In this document: one piece after another, positions 44,326-58,044 of the stretch
Numbering within the stretch: position 1 is the first letter of the stretch
How the letters are laid out: each line of letters begins with the position of its first letter
Source of the DNA: Trichoplax adhaerens
Lineage: Eukaryota; Animalia; Placozoa
Assembly (NCBI RefSeq): GCF_000150275.1
Contig: NW_002060947.1
Span: forward strand, 2,593,740-2,657,739
Direction: 5' to 3'
DNA length: 64,000 nucleotides
The notes under the pieces: generated by a model
Database searches by the model: none
What the model was told of the DNA's origin: nothing
Seen by the model: the letters and a program-made list of their open reading frames with translations, nothing else
Translations under genes and position numbers: made by a program

Positions 44326-44934
44326 TAGCAATATTATTTTTAATTTCTCTTGAACCTACAGTAGTTTATAAACAAATCAGATTATTGCACAGTTCAGTAT
44401 ATGAGCCCTTCACGGACATACTCGTATACACAGTATACTACAGTATCGTCGCATTGCTGGCTGAGTAAACCCCGTGAAAGTCACAATTTGCCTCTACTGT
44501 ACTCAAGATGACTGGGTTTTGAGTTAGGTTTTATTTCTTAAGTTTTATTTTCAGCTTTAAAATGTGAAATCTCCTTGAGTAAACCTAGAAACTAGACGCA
44601 TAAAAACTAATTAATGCAGCATATTCAATTTATCAAGTACGATTGACATGGAGGAGCGCAATCATGTCGTGCTACTTAATGATTAAATAAATTATTGCCT
44701 GCTGAGATCTAGTATTTACGAACATCATTAGATATCGATTTCTGCGAACATTCATCTGTCGTCCAATGAAAAATCATGTCAACTAAATCTATAGTTACTC
44801 TATCTCTTAACTTAAGTAGTGATGGTGTAACGTTCAATGTTTCATCAGCATTAATTTTTGTTATATTCGCTGTGAGATAATGTAATGTCTCATGCAATTC
44901 AATAGTTCATTATTCGTTATATTGTTGTTGCTAT

Positions 44935-45058
44935 TGTACTGTACTGTATGATGTACAGTACAAATTGCACATCCAGATATCCGTGTTTTATCGTGAATAG
45001 TTTGTGCAGATCAGCATTTCGTCACTGTATTCGTACACTGTACACTCATTGTACAGTA
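44935..45058. repeat. Smaller GTACW cluster upstream of the CEP85 coding exons
   Basis: tgtactgtactgtatgatgtacagtac ... gtacactgtacactcattgtacagta. Confidence 0.6.
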
Positions 45059-45457
45059 ACCCATGTATTTGATCCTGATATCGTACGTGCGACTTGTTAA
45101 GATTAAAGCATAATACAGTTGTTACTGTAGTAGCTCGCTACAGTTTGGTGACAGTTTTTCCGCAGGATACTACGAGTGTTCCTTCAACGCCTTAATGGAT
45201 TACCATTGATGGTGTTCAAGTGAATTTCAATAGAACTTAGTTCAGCTATAGCACACTCCCTTGAAATGATATCGCATGACTCAATAAGCAATTTACTGTA
45301 GAATCTGGATTGTACCAGAAAGAAGCTAATTATATTGTTTGAATTCGAGGTAAATTCAGCTCTCGATTTGATTTAGTAGAAATTGCTAATCAGCCTATAC
45401 ATATTTAAAACCTAACTGTGATGAAATTGTTTGGATTTCAGTAAGTAATAATTATAG

Positions 45458-48400
45458 AAATCAATGGGTAACACCTCCCAAATTTAATAAACGCACACCT
45501 CAATTGCCGGATGCCGAAGGTACTGTAAGATATATTCAGTAATATTCCACAAATAAGGAAGCTTGCTAAATTACTATGAAAGACTTTATCAATATGCTTT
45601 GAAAGCTCTATCGTGTCTCAATATTTAGGTGGAGAAAAATCATTAGCCAGCGATACGCAAGAATATAAACGAACTACTGAGAGGGTAACTGAAGCCTGTT
45701 GCAGAACTGATCTACGAATACTATACAGTCTTTAGCATGTGTTAGCATTATAATTAAAATGTTGCAAGTAACGAATAGGCGGTATTATACACCTCCAAAC
45801 GGTCAAGTTATTCTATTTTATATGGCGATCTAGGACAATATTGACGCAGGGTCAATCAATGATAATAGTCTATTAATCCTTCCAAGTTCCGCGATATCAA
45901 CCTTTAATATTTCGACAGAATCAAGTGATTTGGGGACTGGAAAGTGGAGTAATACTTTTAAAAAAAAGAATATCGTAGATCAATTCCAAGAGCAAACTGC
46001 CGATATGAAAACTAGGGATTACAAGCTAGCGCTACATCGAAAATACGAGGAGAACATTGTTTCCAAACTAAGGGTACGATTTACCGAAAATAGCACTTTG
46101 CTAATGTCTTATTAGTTATTAGAGATGTTGCTAATCAAGGGTTTTTAGGATTTAGAATACGAAAATTCTTTACTTAAAGCTCAGCTTGCCGAAGTTGCAG
46201 CAATGAAAGAATTAGAAATTGGAGATTTGAAAAAACAATTAGGGTTAGTTCCGAATTTTCAGGATTTAAGTCCTTCTGCACAAATTAATATTACATGTAA
46301 TCTTATATTAATTATATGTTATTGGCACTGGTTTAAACATTCAAGAAAGGGAGAATACGAGCTTGAAAAAGCCGAACAGGCATTTTCATATGCTAACAGT
46401 GAGCTCAAACAGCGTGTCGATTCTATGCATGCGACGGTGCGCATATAGCTATATATTCTTGCGAGATGAAATTACCAATTGCGTATAATGTTGAATTCCT
46501 AAATAATTATTTGTATTCAAGATATTAGATAGAGATCTCACTATCCAAAAACTTAAAGAATATCAAGATATTCAAGTGGTGGAAATATGCCATCTCAAGA
46601 AACGAAATAGTCAACTTGAAAAATATTTAGCCGATTTACCTACTGCTGATGAATTCGAAAGGACTAAGCAAGAAATATCCAAATTTCAACCTCGATACAT
46701 AATCAATACGTGCTCTCTTAATTTTTTAATATTTTTTAAAGCAATATTTGTAAGCTTTAACATTTAAGAATTATCAGATATTACAAATACAAGTGTAAAG
46801 CTGAAAACTATGATGCGTGACCAAGAAAACAAGCTAATGGAAACTCAAGCAGAATTAGACGTAAAGGTTAAGCTACAGCTTCTATAATTACTATTTATCT
46901 ACAGTGCGAAAGCTCTAATACGTATAACTTTCGTTCTGTGTTCAGGAAGCTGAAGTTAAAAGTCTGAAATATCGGCTATCACAAAATAATGGAGACTCTG
47001 CGAGGTAATTATCATCATGCTATGTACATTTGATTGTAGAGAAAAGTTATGTTAATTATGTTTTATATTATTCGTATCTATCGTAGTTCTGAATCAATTG
47101 TAAATCATACCATTGCGAAAGAAGATGAAAATGTAGATATAAAGAAATTTCAACTTATAAATAAATATCTCAGTGAAGAAAATGAAAGAGTAAAGAAGGT
47201 AATTTAAATCTTTACTAAAATTATGAGTTCACCGAAATAGCTTTGGCTCATTATTTATATTTTACAGTTTCTTCAGAGTAAACATCAAAAACTATTGGAG
47301 GTGTTATCAGACAAACAACATAACATAGAACAGTACCAACACCGTCTTACTGAAGAAAAGGTATATTTGGCAGCATAAATTGTCGTCCCTATTTATAGTT
47401 TTTGTGCTACCTATTTACTATTATTTAGATTTTAGTAATTTGAATCTCCATCTTCAGGTAATTAATTAGCAAAAAGTACAGAATTTTTTCTAATATACTT
47501 TTATAGGACATAATTTCTGGATTAAGCAAGAGTTTAAAAGAAAGAGACAGCACTATTAAGCAATTGCAAATGTCAATTAAGACCGTATCAAATCAAAACC
47601 AAGATATCCTGGAACAAAATATTGAGCTACAAGAATTATGCAACAAGGTAATTAACTTAGTACTGCACACTATAAGTTAGTATTACTTTCATTTCTGATA
47701 CTTTTAGCCCGACAAACCATTTGGCATGCAATTGTCTATCAAGATAGCCACCGATAAGGGCAACGTTTCTATAATACTTTACTGAAATTTATTTTATCAA
47801 CAGTATAAGCATGGAGTTATTTAAGGGTGTATCCACACAATTGGATAATAATATAAAACGCATTTATTAAAAAATGAAAATGACATTATTATAACTTTAA
47901 CTTAAACATAATTTCCGTTATAATTTATAGTTAAAACTTAATCAATTGGATACAAAAGTAGGGAAATACCAACAAATTGAAAAGGAGGTTAGTCATATTT
48001 CGACATTCTCACATGTGTATTGATATCTGGACTACTGTACTACTACAGTAGAAAAACCATTTCCAAATAATCAATAGTTTACAGTCTCTATATAGTAGTA
48101 CTGTGTGCACGCAATCCCACCGGTACTTCAGGCAGATTGATATACACACACATAAAATCTAAGATTAAATTATAATTTTATTTCTATAATGTTATTTATA
48201 ACGATTTACTGTGTGCGGTTATTACACTAAATAAATTAATTCCGGTATTGAAATCAACAGCTAACCAGATGCATAAAAGAATTAAGCTCTATTGTACAAA
48301 TTTGCATAGCAAGGACGCAAGGCAAAGATCCAAATCTGTCTTTACTATTAGGACTAGAAGGTTTTTTATAGACTTACATCTCTCATTAATGAGTAAGATA

Positions 48401-48596
48401 GTATAATCCTAACATTTCTTTCTTCTATAAAGCCTCAAACTCAAGTACAAGAAATCAAAATATCAGAGGTAGTGAAGATGACGTGGAAGACAACATTTCC
48501 AAAATTAGGCGCCTTCAGTTAGAAATTAGCAAACTTAGAGACCAAGTTTCAGAACAGTATGCAGAGGACATTGGTAAAACATGTCCAGTTCAGTAA
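45458..48596 (+). CDS. CEP85: Centrosomal protein CEP85/CEP85L family (5' end uncertain)
   Basis: LEKYLADLPTADE; extended coiled coils; cc4 region LTRCIKELSSIVQICIARTQGKDPNLSLLLGLE; C-terminus LRDQVSEQYAEDIGKTCPVQ* (human SDRYAQDMGENCVTQ); stop 48594-48596. Confidence 0.9.
46675..46770 (+). other. Probable U12-type (minor spliceosome) intron with AT-AA ends in CEP85
   Basis: Begins ATATCC; CTTTAAC branch-point-like sequence at 46755-46761, about 10 nt from the 3' end; no frame-compatible GT-AG solution found; removal joins ERTKQE|LSDITN. Confidence 0.6.
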
Positions 48597-50431
48597 AGTA
48601 GCGTTGCTAATGCAAGGATTATACAATTATTTGTTCATAGCCCTAATATAACGTTAAATTCAATCAAATTTGAAATTTATATTGATTTTAAATGTATATG
48701 TTGTAAGTAATCAAGTATGGTACACAAATGCATTTCAGTAAAATTTTCTTTGTATCATCGAACAAGCGGTCTAGTTCTATATTGTAGCACAGCTTGTTCC
48801 AAGATTAGATTTAAGGCAGCTTGATAGCGATGATACCGTAAATTTATATTGTAAATCGAATTCTCTCTGTACAGTATATAAAATGTGTCTGTTAACTATA
48901 CACTCTATTGTATAGAGATATATTCTGGTATGTTTTCGATATTTATGTACAGAGTTTGAATCATGAAAAATCGTTATTAGTATTTTAATTATCTATATTA
49001 AGAATAGCAACTGAATATATGTATTATCTATGACTCATGATCATAAACTAGCATAATTCATCAATTTAACCATCATGATTATACCTATAAGGTGTTTTCA
49101 TTTGCCTGAGGACATTCTAGTAACTCTTTTGACATTGTGGTGGATCTTGAGATTGATCCCTGACACTTTGCATAAAATGCAGCTCGCACTTTGCTACTAG
49201 TTAATTGACCTTATTGAAGCTTGGACTATACATACTGTACATTAGCAAAAATCAAGAGAACAGGCGAAGCAAAGGAAGCGTAGTAGAGCAGCGTAATCAA
49301 GTGATCGTGTAAATCAATCTGAAGAAGTCTTCGGACTCTCCTTTTATAGGATTCTAGCTGTGACAGTAACTGACCGTTTTGTATCACAGCAACGTTGTAC
49401 TATACAGATATTCAAGTTTACTAAATTGCTAGGCAGTATTTTGATAATATAACATATTGATAATCTGTAATCTATGATTATGACTTATCTATTATAATTA
49501 TAATTATCAGACATGGACATTACGTTATTGTTCAGACTTTAGTGTAACGATACACATACGTTAAGGATTATAAATATTCGCGACAGACATTGTAAGTAAA
49601 TTTCTTTCATTAGTCGAGTAGTCAGTAAAAGGAAGGCTACATAAGCAACAGACTAAAGGGACTATTAATTAAATCATTTCCTTTTAATAACTAGTGACTC
49701 AAAATGAGGATTTAAGGAGGCTTTACAAAGAACAAGAAGCCTCATCAAATTAAATCGGAGCATTCAGGTAATACTGCTTATTTACTAGTTGAGAAATCAT
49801 TAATGCACTTACTGCAATCGTACACTCCTTAGCAATGAAATATCCTGACCTTCAACCATGAGCTACAGCCTACAGGTAGTCCACAGCTCAGAGGCAAGCC
49901 TCACTTGCTGCACAGTTCTTTTTATTATAGTTTAACCAAACAACGTAACTGGGTTTGTACATCATCTTCAACAAATTATATGATGTGACACTGGTATAGG
50001 TATGCCAATATATGAAAACAATTTCATCAATAACTATCGCTATAAGTACGTGTATACGAGTAACTTTCTAGCATAATATAAATATCTATTATATTAATGA
50101 AGTCTTTCCAATTAGACAATTCGTAAATAACTCCATAATATACAGGTATAAACCTAATAAGAGATATACCAATTACATAAAATGCCTTAAAATTTTAAAA
50201 GTAATATAATAGTTATCGCAATTGATACCATAAGAATGAATCATGCATGACCTAATACTGATAGTCTCTTATCAGTGCTGCGAGTAGACAAGTCAATATC
50301 ATCTTAAATTCAATAATTTTAGAATGGTAGATTTAAGATTTATTCTGAATTGTCCAATTATTTTGCAAAATCCTTCGAACTATTTAGAGTAAGAAATCAA
50401 GGCAATACAGCTGATGATTTAGGTTAGCGCA

Positions 50432-53400
50432 TTAAGGCTGCTGTTGATGATATTGCAACTGGATTTGTTGTTGTGGAGGCGTTTGTTGTTGTTTTTGTTG
50501 TTGAAGTGAGCGCTGCGTTCGCCGAATTCCCAAACTACGCATGTGAGGTTCTTCCAATTGTTTTGGTGATTGACAGGATTGTTGCTCTCTCGGCTTTAGC
50601 TGTTGAAGATGTTGCTGGGATTGATTTATAGCTTGGGCGGGAAGATTCTGAGGCCGTTTATGTTGGTATTTCTGTATTAGGATCTGTCCCTGCTGTAAGT
50701 TTAGTGAATTGCCTACATTGGGTCGCAACTGTAGCATGTGTGATGCAGAACTGCTTGCCGTTTTAAGCATTGAATTATCGCTATTGCTCTCATTTCTATA
50801 GTTTTTACTATTATTATTATTGTTATTATTGATATTAATATTTGCAGTACTAGTACCAGTATTACTTTTATTGTTAATGTTATTATTATTACTGTTACTG
50901 TTATTAATATTGGTGTTGCCGATATTGCCAGAATTATAATTCTTATTAAATGTAACACTAGTAGTCGTAGCAGTCATGCTACCAGTAGTGACATTGCTAT
51001 TATTGCCGTGACTCATTGGCACTATTGATGATCCTCGACTATGCGCCGATATCGATTGATGTCTAGTGATTACAGCTGGACGAGATTGACTGTTTGACGG
51101 CGGTAAAACTGATACAGCCAATTGCTGCTGATTACGTTGAACAGGAGCAATACCCCTTATCGGCATATTAACATGCTGCTGTTGTTGATATTGATTTCTT
51201 AAAAGTAATTTATTTTGTACCATTTTTCTAGCTTCAATGTTTGAAGGAGAATTGACATTAACAGCCTGCAATTCGTTATAAAAATATATTTCAGATCAGA
51301 AGTAATTTACGTAAACGTACACATCCTGTATAATTATCATCTCACATTTGTAGGTGATACAGTACTGTACAAAGAAGATACCAAGAAAACACCTACAAGA
51401 TTTACACTAAGACTAGAATCAATCAATACAACGTGTAGGGTACTATTATACAGATGAAATGATTAAACTCTCATCAGCAAATACAGAAAATTAGCTTAAA
51501 AGTCTTAAGGCCACAGCCTTACACATGTATCGATAGTTTGCTACTACAGCGTGTAGCCGGATAAGATAACTTGTATTCTATTCCGTACCATACCCTTACG
51601 CGTCCGAGTAATTTGGTCTCAGAGGGTGTTATCGTTCGTATATACAGTACTTATACTAGCACGATTCTGAGGTCAGGATTCTAATGAAAAGTTGGCTAAT
51701 ACTGTATGGATGTCACATTTTTTTCAAGTTTGAAGCCTACTTTTTTAATACTTTCTTTGTTTATTAATTTAACATATAGTAACATATACATTTATATAAA
51801 CACTACGCCTATAAGTAGATACATCTTATTCCTCTAATTGCTTTCGCAATACCAGGCCTGACATTTATAGTATTCAAAAGTTAAGCTAGGGCAAATGACA
51901 TTTGTAATCAATTTACAGCTAGTTTTTCAAGGGTTGTCTTTGTAAACGAATTACACTAAAGAACCTGCAAATTGAAAGTAAAAATAGTGCACTGATCGTC
52001 ACCATTTTTAAACACGTTACAGCGGTTGCGTACTAACTCAAATACACGGGTACTTTCGTATATCTAAAGTTTAGGGTCTAGGTAGGGTCTCTACTTATAC
52101 CTTGCAGGTTAATAGCACGATTATATTATTGATGAGAATACTAAGAGTAAAATCATTCATTACAGTAAGAGCCCGTGATGCATACAGCTTACACTTCATT
52201 TATATAGAAGCATGTTATGAAATTAATAGCTACATTAAAAGGCCGCCAAGAAGCGTACCAAATCTACGTATTATAGCACATTAATAATTATAATTGGTTA
52301 ATAATTACCAGGTAATTCAACAATATGATAAGGTGTACAAGCAAGAATGTTTTACTGGGTACCAAGAAGTTTTCACATATACTTCTAAGTACGCCAATGA
52401 AATTTTCTTTATACACTATATCATAAGGTTCAATTGCCAGATTGTGTTCATAGTAACTTTTACAATCCACCTACCGGAGCTATTGGTGCCAGCTGTATAG
52501 TGCTAACAATTGTAGTATTGGCCAAATTTCCAGTAGCCACGGACCCAGTGGCCGGTGATACAGGTGAAATGGGTGTTCCCTGTTGCGAAATGATGTACTG
52601 TCTTCCAAAAGTATTACTCGCAACATTTACAGCAGGAGTATTAACACCCGTTGTTTTCATATCAGTAGGTGGAACTCTTTAATTTTATAAATGCGAAAGA
52701 ATCGTCAATAATGATGATTTCTTACAACATTTTAACATAACTGCATTTACAATTTAAACGTGATAACCTGAAGTGTTGTAGCTGGACACTGCTGTTTTGG
52801 ACACCCGGTGATGAGGGGGGTGAAGTAATTAGAGTCATGTTAGGACGCACTCCATACTGAATAAACTGCTTTGATGGTAGAGTTTGGCATCGCAATTGAG
52901 ATTGTGAAATTACTACAGGACTTGGACTACTCGCAGGGATGTTTGTCACTTGCCTATACTGTGTATGAGAGAAACTACTGTTATGATAGCATGATAACTA
53001 TAACTATGAGTTTTATACAGAATTCAATCGCATCATAAATTACCATTGTATTACAGCCACTAACAGTAGAGTTCTTATTCAAGACAGATCTAAACCATTT
53101 CAATACATGAAAATAACTTTAAATTACGGAGACGAACATTTCCGAAATAGAGATAATGCGTATAAAATTTACGTACAATCGCCCTTGAGAAAGTTCATCT
53201 GTCTGTGATCGTTCAGAGTTTGTACTCTGATCCTACGTTTAAAAAATTACCAGTGTTACTACAAGATGCAAGAAAGATCTAAATATAAATGATATCTAAC
53301 AACCCTAAATCTAGCCGCATACTGTAGATTTTGAGGAAGCTATCTTCACTGGATTTCTCCCTTCTTCAGTAACAAGTTCCTTAAATTGCTCTAAGTATCT

Positions 53401-56400
53401 GAAATTCCCCAAGAAATATGTATATTCGTATATTGAAATGTATACAGAAATTCTAATGTCTAGATTACACGTAATCCTACAAATTTCGAATTAAGTAATT
53501 GGATAACCTTTTCGCACTTTCTATCCCCCCTAGTTCGAACCTGGATACGTGTACAATATAAAGTTACGAATATTTTTAAATTACTGCATATTTATACTGG
53601 CGATAATAGTAGATTACTTCATATCACAATTAATAAAATGAAACAAAACTACTTTTAATGGATACATTGATACCTGCATGAAGTATTTAATTTGTTTCCA
53701 GCTTCCTTACTAGAAAGGCTTTCAATAAACAGTTCGCCAACGTAACTATCATCCACTGGTCTTTTCATGATGATAAGACGTGACTGAGAATTTCTACTTT
53801 CGTTTGTTTCTCCTTGAAACAAAATGTTTTGCACGACTTCCTGTAGAAATAATTCCAGAATAAATCAATGTTTTAGCAAAGCTGTGCTAAAATATCAGCA
53901 AGGCGCCAGAATAGACAATAAAACAAAAGATTGTCCCTACCAAAGAATAGTCAGGTGAAAATTTTATTGCATCTTTCTTTTTTGCGTATTTTTCCACCTA
54001 GGTCAAAATCACAATATAAGTTCGAATCTATTTCATATATAAGTTCTACTACCAGTGCACGTCGTTACCTCTAAATTAGAAGGCAAATTGAGTAATATTT
54101 TTTGTTGCTTCCAGGTATCAACAACCTTTATTGTTTATATAAATTTTCATGCCGAAGTTATTAGAAAGTCACACATATTGCAGATAGTAAAATTTTAATC
54201 GCGATCTATTTTAGGTATAAGCCTTAAAAAATTCGAACCGGTTTGGCTATTTTTAAATCAAATTTTATATTCGATCTCTTCTTGTGACTTTCACAAAGAA
54301 AATCGACCAAGCATAACTGGTTCCTAGTAGTCATCCTATCTAATAACAAAGAACGATTTCCCGTCCCTGATGCGTTACGCTTAACCAGCCTAACAAAATT
54401 CGTCATTTATAAAAGCTAATAAGATTATATAGCGAATATTTGATAATTAATTTGAGCCCTTGCATCGTATATCACACTATAAAGAAAGCAGCTGAAATTT
54501 ATAAACTTCATGAGATACTAACATACGTAAATATCACAATGCTTGACCTTTCAAAATTACCTTTTGATCTTCCAATTGTTATATTTAATTCTATTGTACT
54601 GGAGCTTGTTGCATACACGTAAAACATTGATAGAAGAATCTAAGCATAAAGGATTCTACAAATGGTTTTAAAAAGTTAGCTAATCAAAATCACTTTGATA
54701 TTAAATCTAGTAAAGAGAGGATGACGCTCAAGCTCTAACTCCATGATCGACTGATTACTGATACGGCATAAGCATTAATAAAGCATATAAGCTAATATAT
54801 TGCTTTAATAATAAGGTATATTTAAACTTCATACCTGCGTTGCTAAAAGAATTTCGCTTTCCAACCTAAGTTTATCATCCTACAATTACATATGTATATG
54901 CTTACCTACAGTTCTAGTAATTTATGAGAAATAATGAATTATGCATATTAAATTTATGGCTTACTTGCGTCCAGTTGCCAGTCTTTGTCATAGTATTAAT
55001 ATCATTAATGAGTGTCTAAAAACAATCCAAATCAAGTATTATCACAGCGCAAACAGCTTACATAAATAGTGTTATAATAGAACCTGATACAAAACAAAGT
55101 ACTCATACTCCATACAGGTCATCACCTCGGCAGTAGGGTGTAAAATTAGATAGTTGCGATCAAAATTTTTAGCGGATTCCGGTTTGCAACGATAATCTCT
55201 AACTTCGACAACCACACATCCATTGTCAAAAACAGGTAACTATCCAAATTAAAACACAATAGATTCCTTTCATATAGAATTTATAACATCTAACTGTGCC
55301 TAGGCTCACTACAGTTCTGTCAACATATGTCATCTTAAGCATTATAAAACAATCCAAGCCAATAATGCAATCTTTACAGATATCTTGTAATTCTTACTTT
55401 GTTATTATCGAGTATACTAAGTAGGACAGGCGGAATCTAAAGATTAAATTGAAGAATTCGAATGGATAATTGACTACCTTAGATAGAAGTGATTAATATT
55501 CTATTTATCAATTATACAGCAAGATCTTATTTTGGAATACACATAATCGTTTACCTCAAGGGAATCCAAGTATCGCAAAAGTTCATCTTCCTGTGTAGTA
55601 TGATTAAATAAGAGTATTGTGTTAAGCTTTCGAAGTAAAGAGTCTAGCAGCTAATGATTATTCTAAATTTACTTCCTTCAGATTGTCTACTCACCTCATA
55701 TGAAAAAAAGACTGGTTGTAATTCTATTATTATAAGACAGATATCAGAGAGGCAATTCAATGAAACTCAGAAGTATTCTTAAGACTTAATGACGCGTAAC
55801 CAGTTTTAACTATTAATATCAATATCAAATTTACAGCCAGAACCTAATTTGTTATCTCCTCTTAGGGCAACTGAATATCCTTTGTCTGAATGAAATAAAC
55901 TGATGATTATCGAAGCTGATCCTTCCTGATCTATTAATTTATTTGCCAGATATACACTAGGTAGCAGCTCCTAGAACGAATCACAATTCATGGGGTTAGT
56001 TGCTACACCTTACCATTGATGACGTTATAAAAACAATGGAAAAACATATATGCGGAGAACAGGGATGGGTAATGTCTGAGATAGCCAGCGAGCGATAAGT
56101 GGTGTACAGTACTTTATGAACGAGAAAATTCCCTGATTCGTAGTTTTTGTTAAATTACAACGTCCATTTAGATTTACGCACCTTTTTCAACAGTTTCCTT
56201 GATTTTATTTCACATGCCTTCACATAGGCATCGTATAATTTACTATGTAATGAATTACTAATAATTCGTCGACAAATTTACAAGAATTAGATAATAAATT
56301 CTTAAGAAAAGGATACATGCGAGGGTGTATTAATATAATGTTCTATTATATGTTATATTAAATGTAAGATACCATTGCTATCCTTATGAGTACTAACCTG

Positions 56401-56727
56401 TAAGTGCTAAATATAGGTCTGATCTTCAAGCGATTGTACTGAATTCTTCTAACAATTTCCTATTTATTGTAAGTAGACGGTTATTACAAAATTTAAAATA
56501 AATGTGAATTGTTGTATTTTAGCTTAATATAATGATAGTAGATACAGTCATGGCCTACTTGATGATAAATCTAGTAGTCCATGACTCCAGTAGATCATAA
56601 TTACGGCAGCAATTATTATCAGATTATATGTTGATTATGATTCTCTTTAATAATTATAATCTATAGAACTATAAAACTAGCTTACATCTACTTCGTCTGC
56701 AGTTGATACAACTGGGGCTGACTTCAT
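50432..56727 (-). CDS. SUPT20H: SAGA complex subunit Spt20 (p38IP/FAM48A) with Q/N-rich C-terminus
   Basis: LHSKLYDAYVKACE; IISLFHSDKGYSVAL; FSYE|EDELLRYLDSLE|IPPVLLSILD; FDNGCVVVEVRDYR; ILHPTAE|TLINDI; WTQ|DDKLRLESEILLATQ|NPLCLDSS; last exon Q/N-rich. Start codon is a best guess; a 5'UTR exon donor (G|GTAAGT) lies at 57901. Confidence 0.92.
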
Positions 56728-58044
56728 TATTTTTTGTTTAATCTGTTAAAAGAAAAGAAATTTAATAAATTTGGTTTATGAAATTATAAACGGAAACCCC
56801 GAATGAATAACTAGAAAACAGCAAATAAAGTTAACTCATAACTATCTTTACATTCTCCAAATATACGTATAGTACAATACAATTTGGCATTTCTGCTAAA
56901 GATAACGCAGACAGGTGATATTATGCAAAAACAAAGAAATCGTTAGAACTCGAGTTGTTGTATAGGTAACGACTTCGACTACAGGACAACTCATTCCTTT
57001 CACCATTTATACGTATAGTAGATTGCACGCAAATGTTTGATAAGGCCAACAGTTTATTAATTAATTAATTATATTATTAAATTATTATATGGATCTATTC
57101 CTAATCTTTCACTAATAATTAAGTTAATTATACATACCTATATGATATGCAAATCTATAAACGAGTCATCATATCGTTATTAAAAATTATTGTACTGTAA
57201 TATGGACAGTAATTAATACTATAATATATTCTAACCCTACAAGCGTAATTGCCCATGATGCACTAATTTTCGAATTTAGTGTCGAGGCATTACTTGTACT
57301 GGAAGTAAAACCATTTATCTAACTGGCTAATACACTTAATTACAGTAATTTGCACAAGTAGTTTTGGCCTGTTACAACTCACTTATACCTTATACGTATA
57401 TGAAATACATCAAAATGCATTAAAATTCTTACAAACTGGGTGAAAACATGAATTTTCTGCTGTCTTGCGTAATCTAAAAAGTAAAAGTATAAGACAAGAT
57501 ACTACATACGCTTATATTTCCTATGCACTTTAGATAGAGAAAACAGTAAGTTTCTGCGTATTTTAGGTCGTTGAATGTCAGTATTTACTACACATATATC
57601 ACCCTGTTGCGTCCGGTACTAGTGTACATTGGACAGTTTAATTCATAAATTTTCTTTACCGAGGATTCAAAGAGATACTTTATTTCACTACCAATAGTAG
57701 TATTTATTCACGCAATGATTCTATATGACTGTAATATCTTACAGTGGTTTTAGACTTTTAGCCCGATCTTTCTTTTCAAAAGGCAGTAAGGAATCGCATT
57801 AACGTGCCTTCAACAGAATAATAAATGAATAAATCCAAGTTTATTAAGAGTCTTTGTACTGTACTGTAGATAATACAGAGACCATAACTATGATAACTTA
57901 CCACATACAGGGCCTACTCGCTACTTTTCCTCCCTTCTAAAGAAATATTCGCGAACTTTTGCCCTTAAAATTAAAGAGAACAAGAAAGTTGTCGCAGTCC
58001 TCAAAAAGAGTAGTTGGAGCCTGGGAACATACCAGAGCCAATCT

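Noticed and set aside
44709-44897. 62-aa minus-strand ORF (HETLHYLTANITK...)
   Set aside because: No ATG start (stop just upstream of a TTG), no recognisable homology and no splice partners.
50713-50958. Ile-rich hydrophobic ORF overlapping the SUPT20H last exon
   Set aside because: Alternative-frame reading of the AAT repeat that encodes poly-Asn.
56307-56316. Perfect U12-type donor GTATCCTTTT on the minus strand within SUPT20H
   Set aside because: It lies inside an intron fully explained by GT-AG splicing (STYS|NSLH); the micro-exon it would define introduces an in-frame stop.
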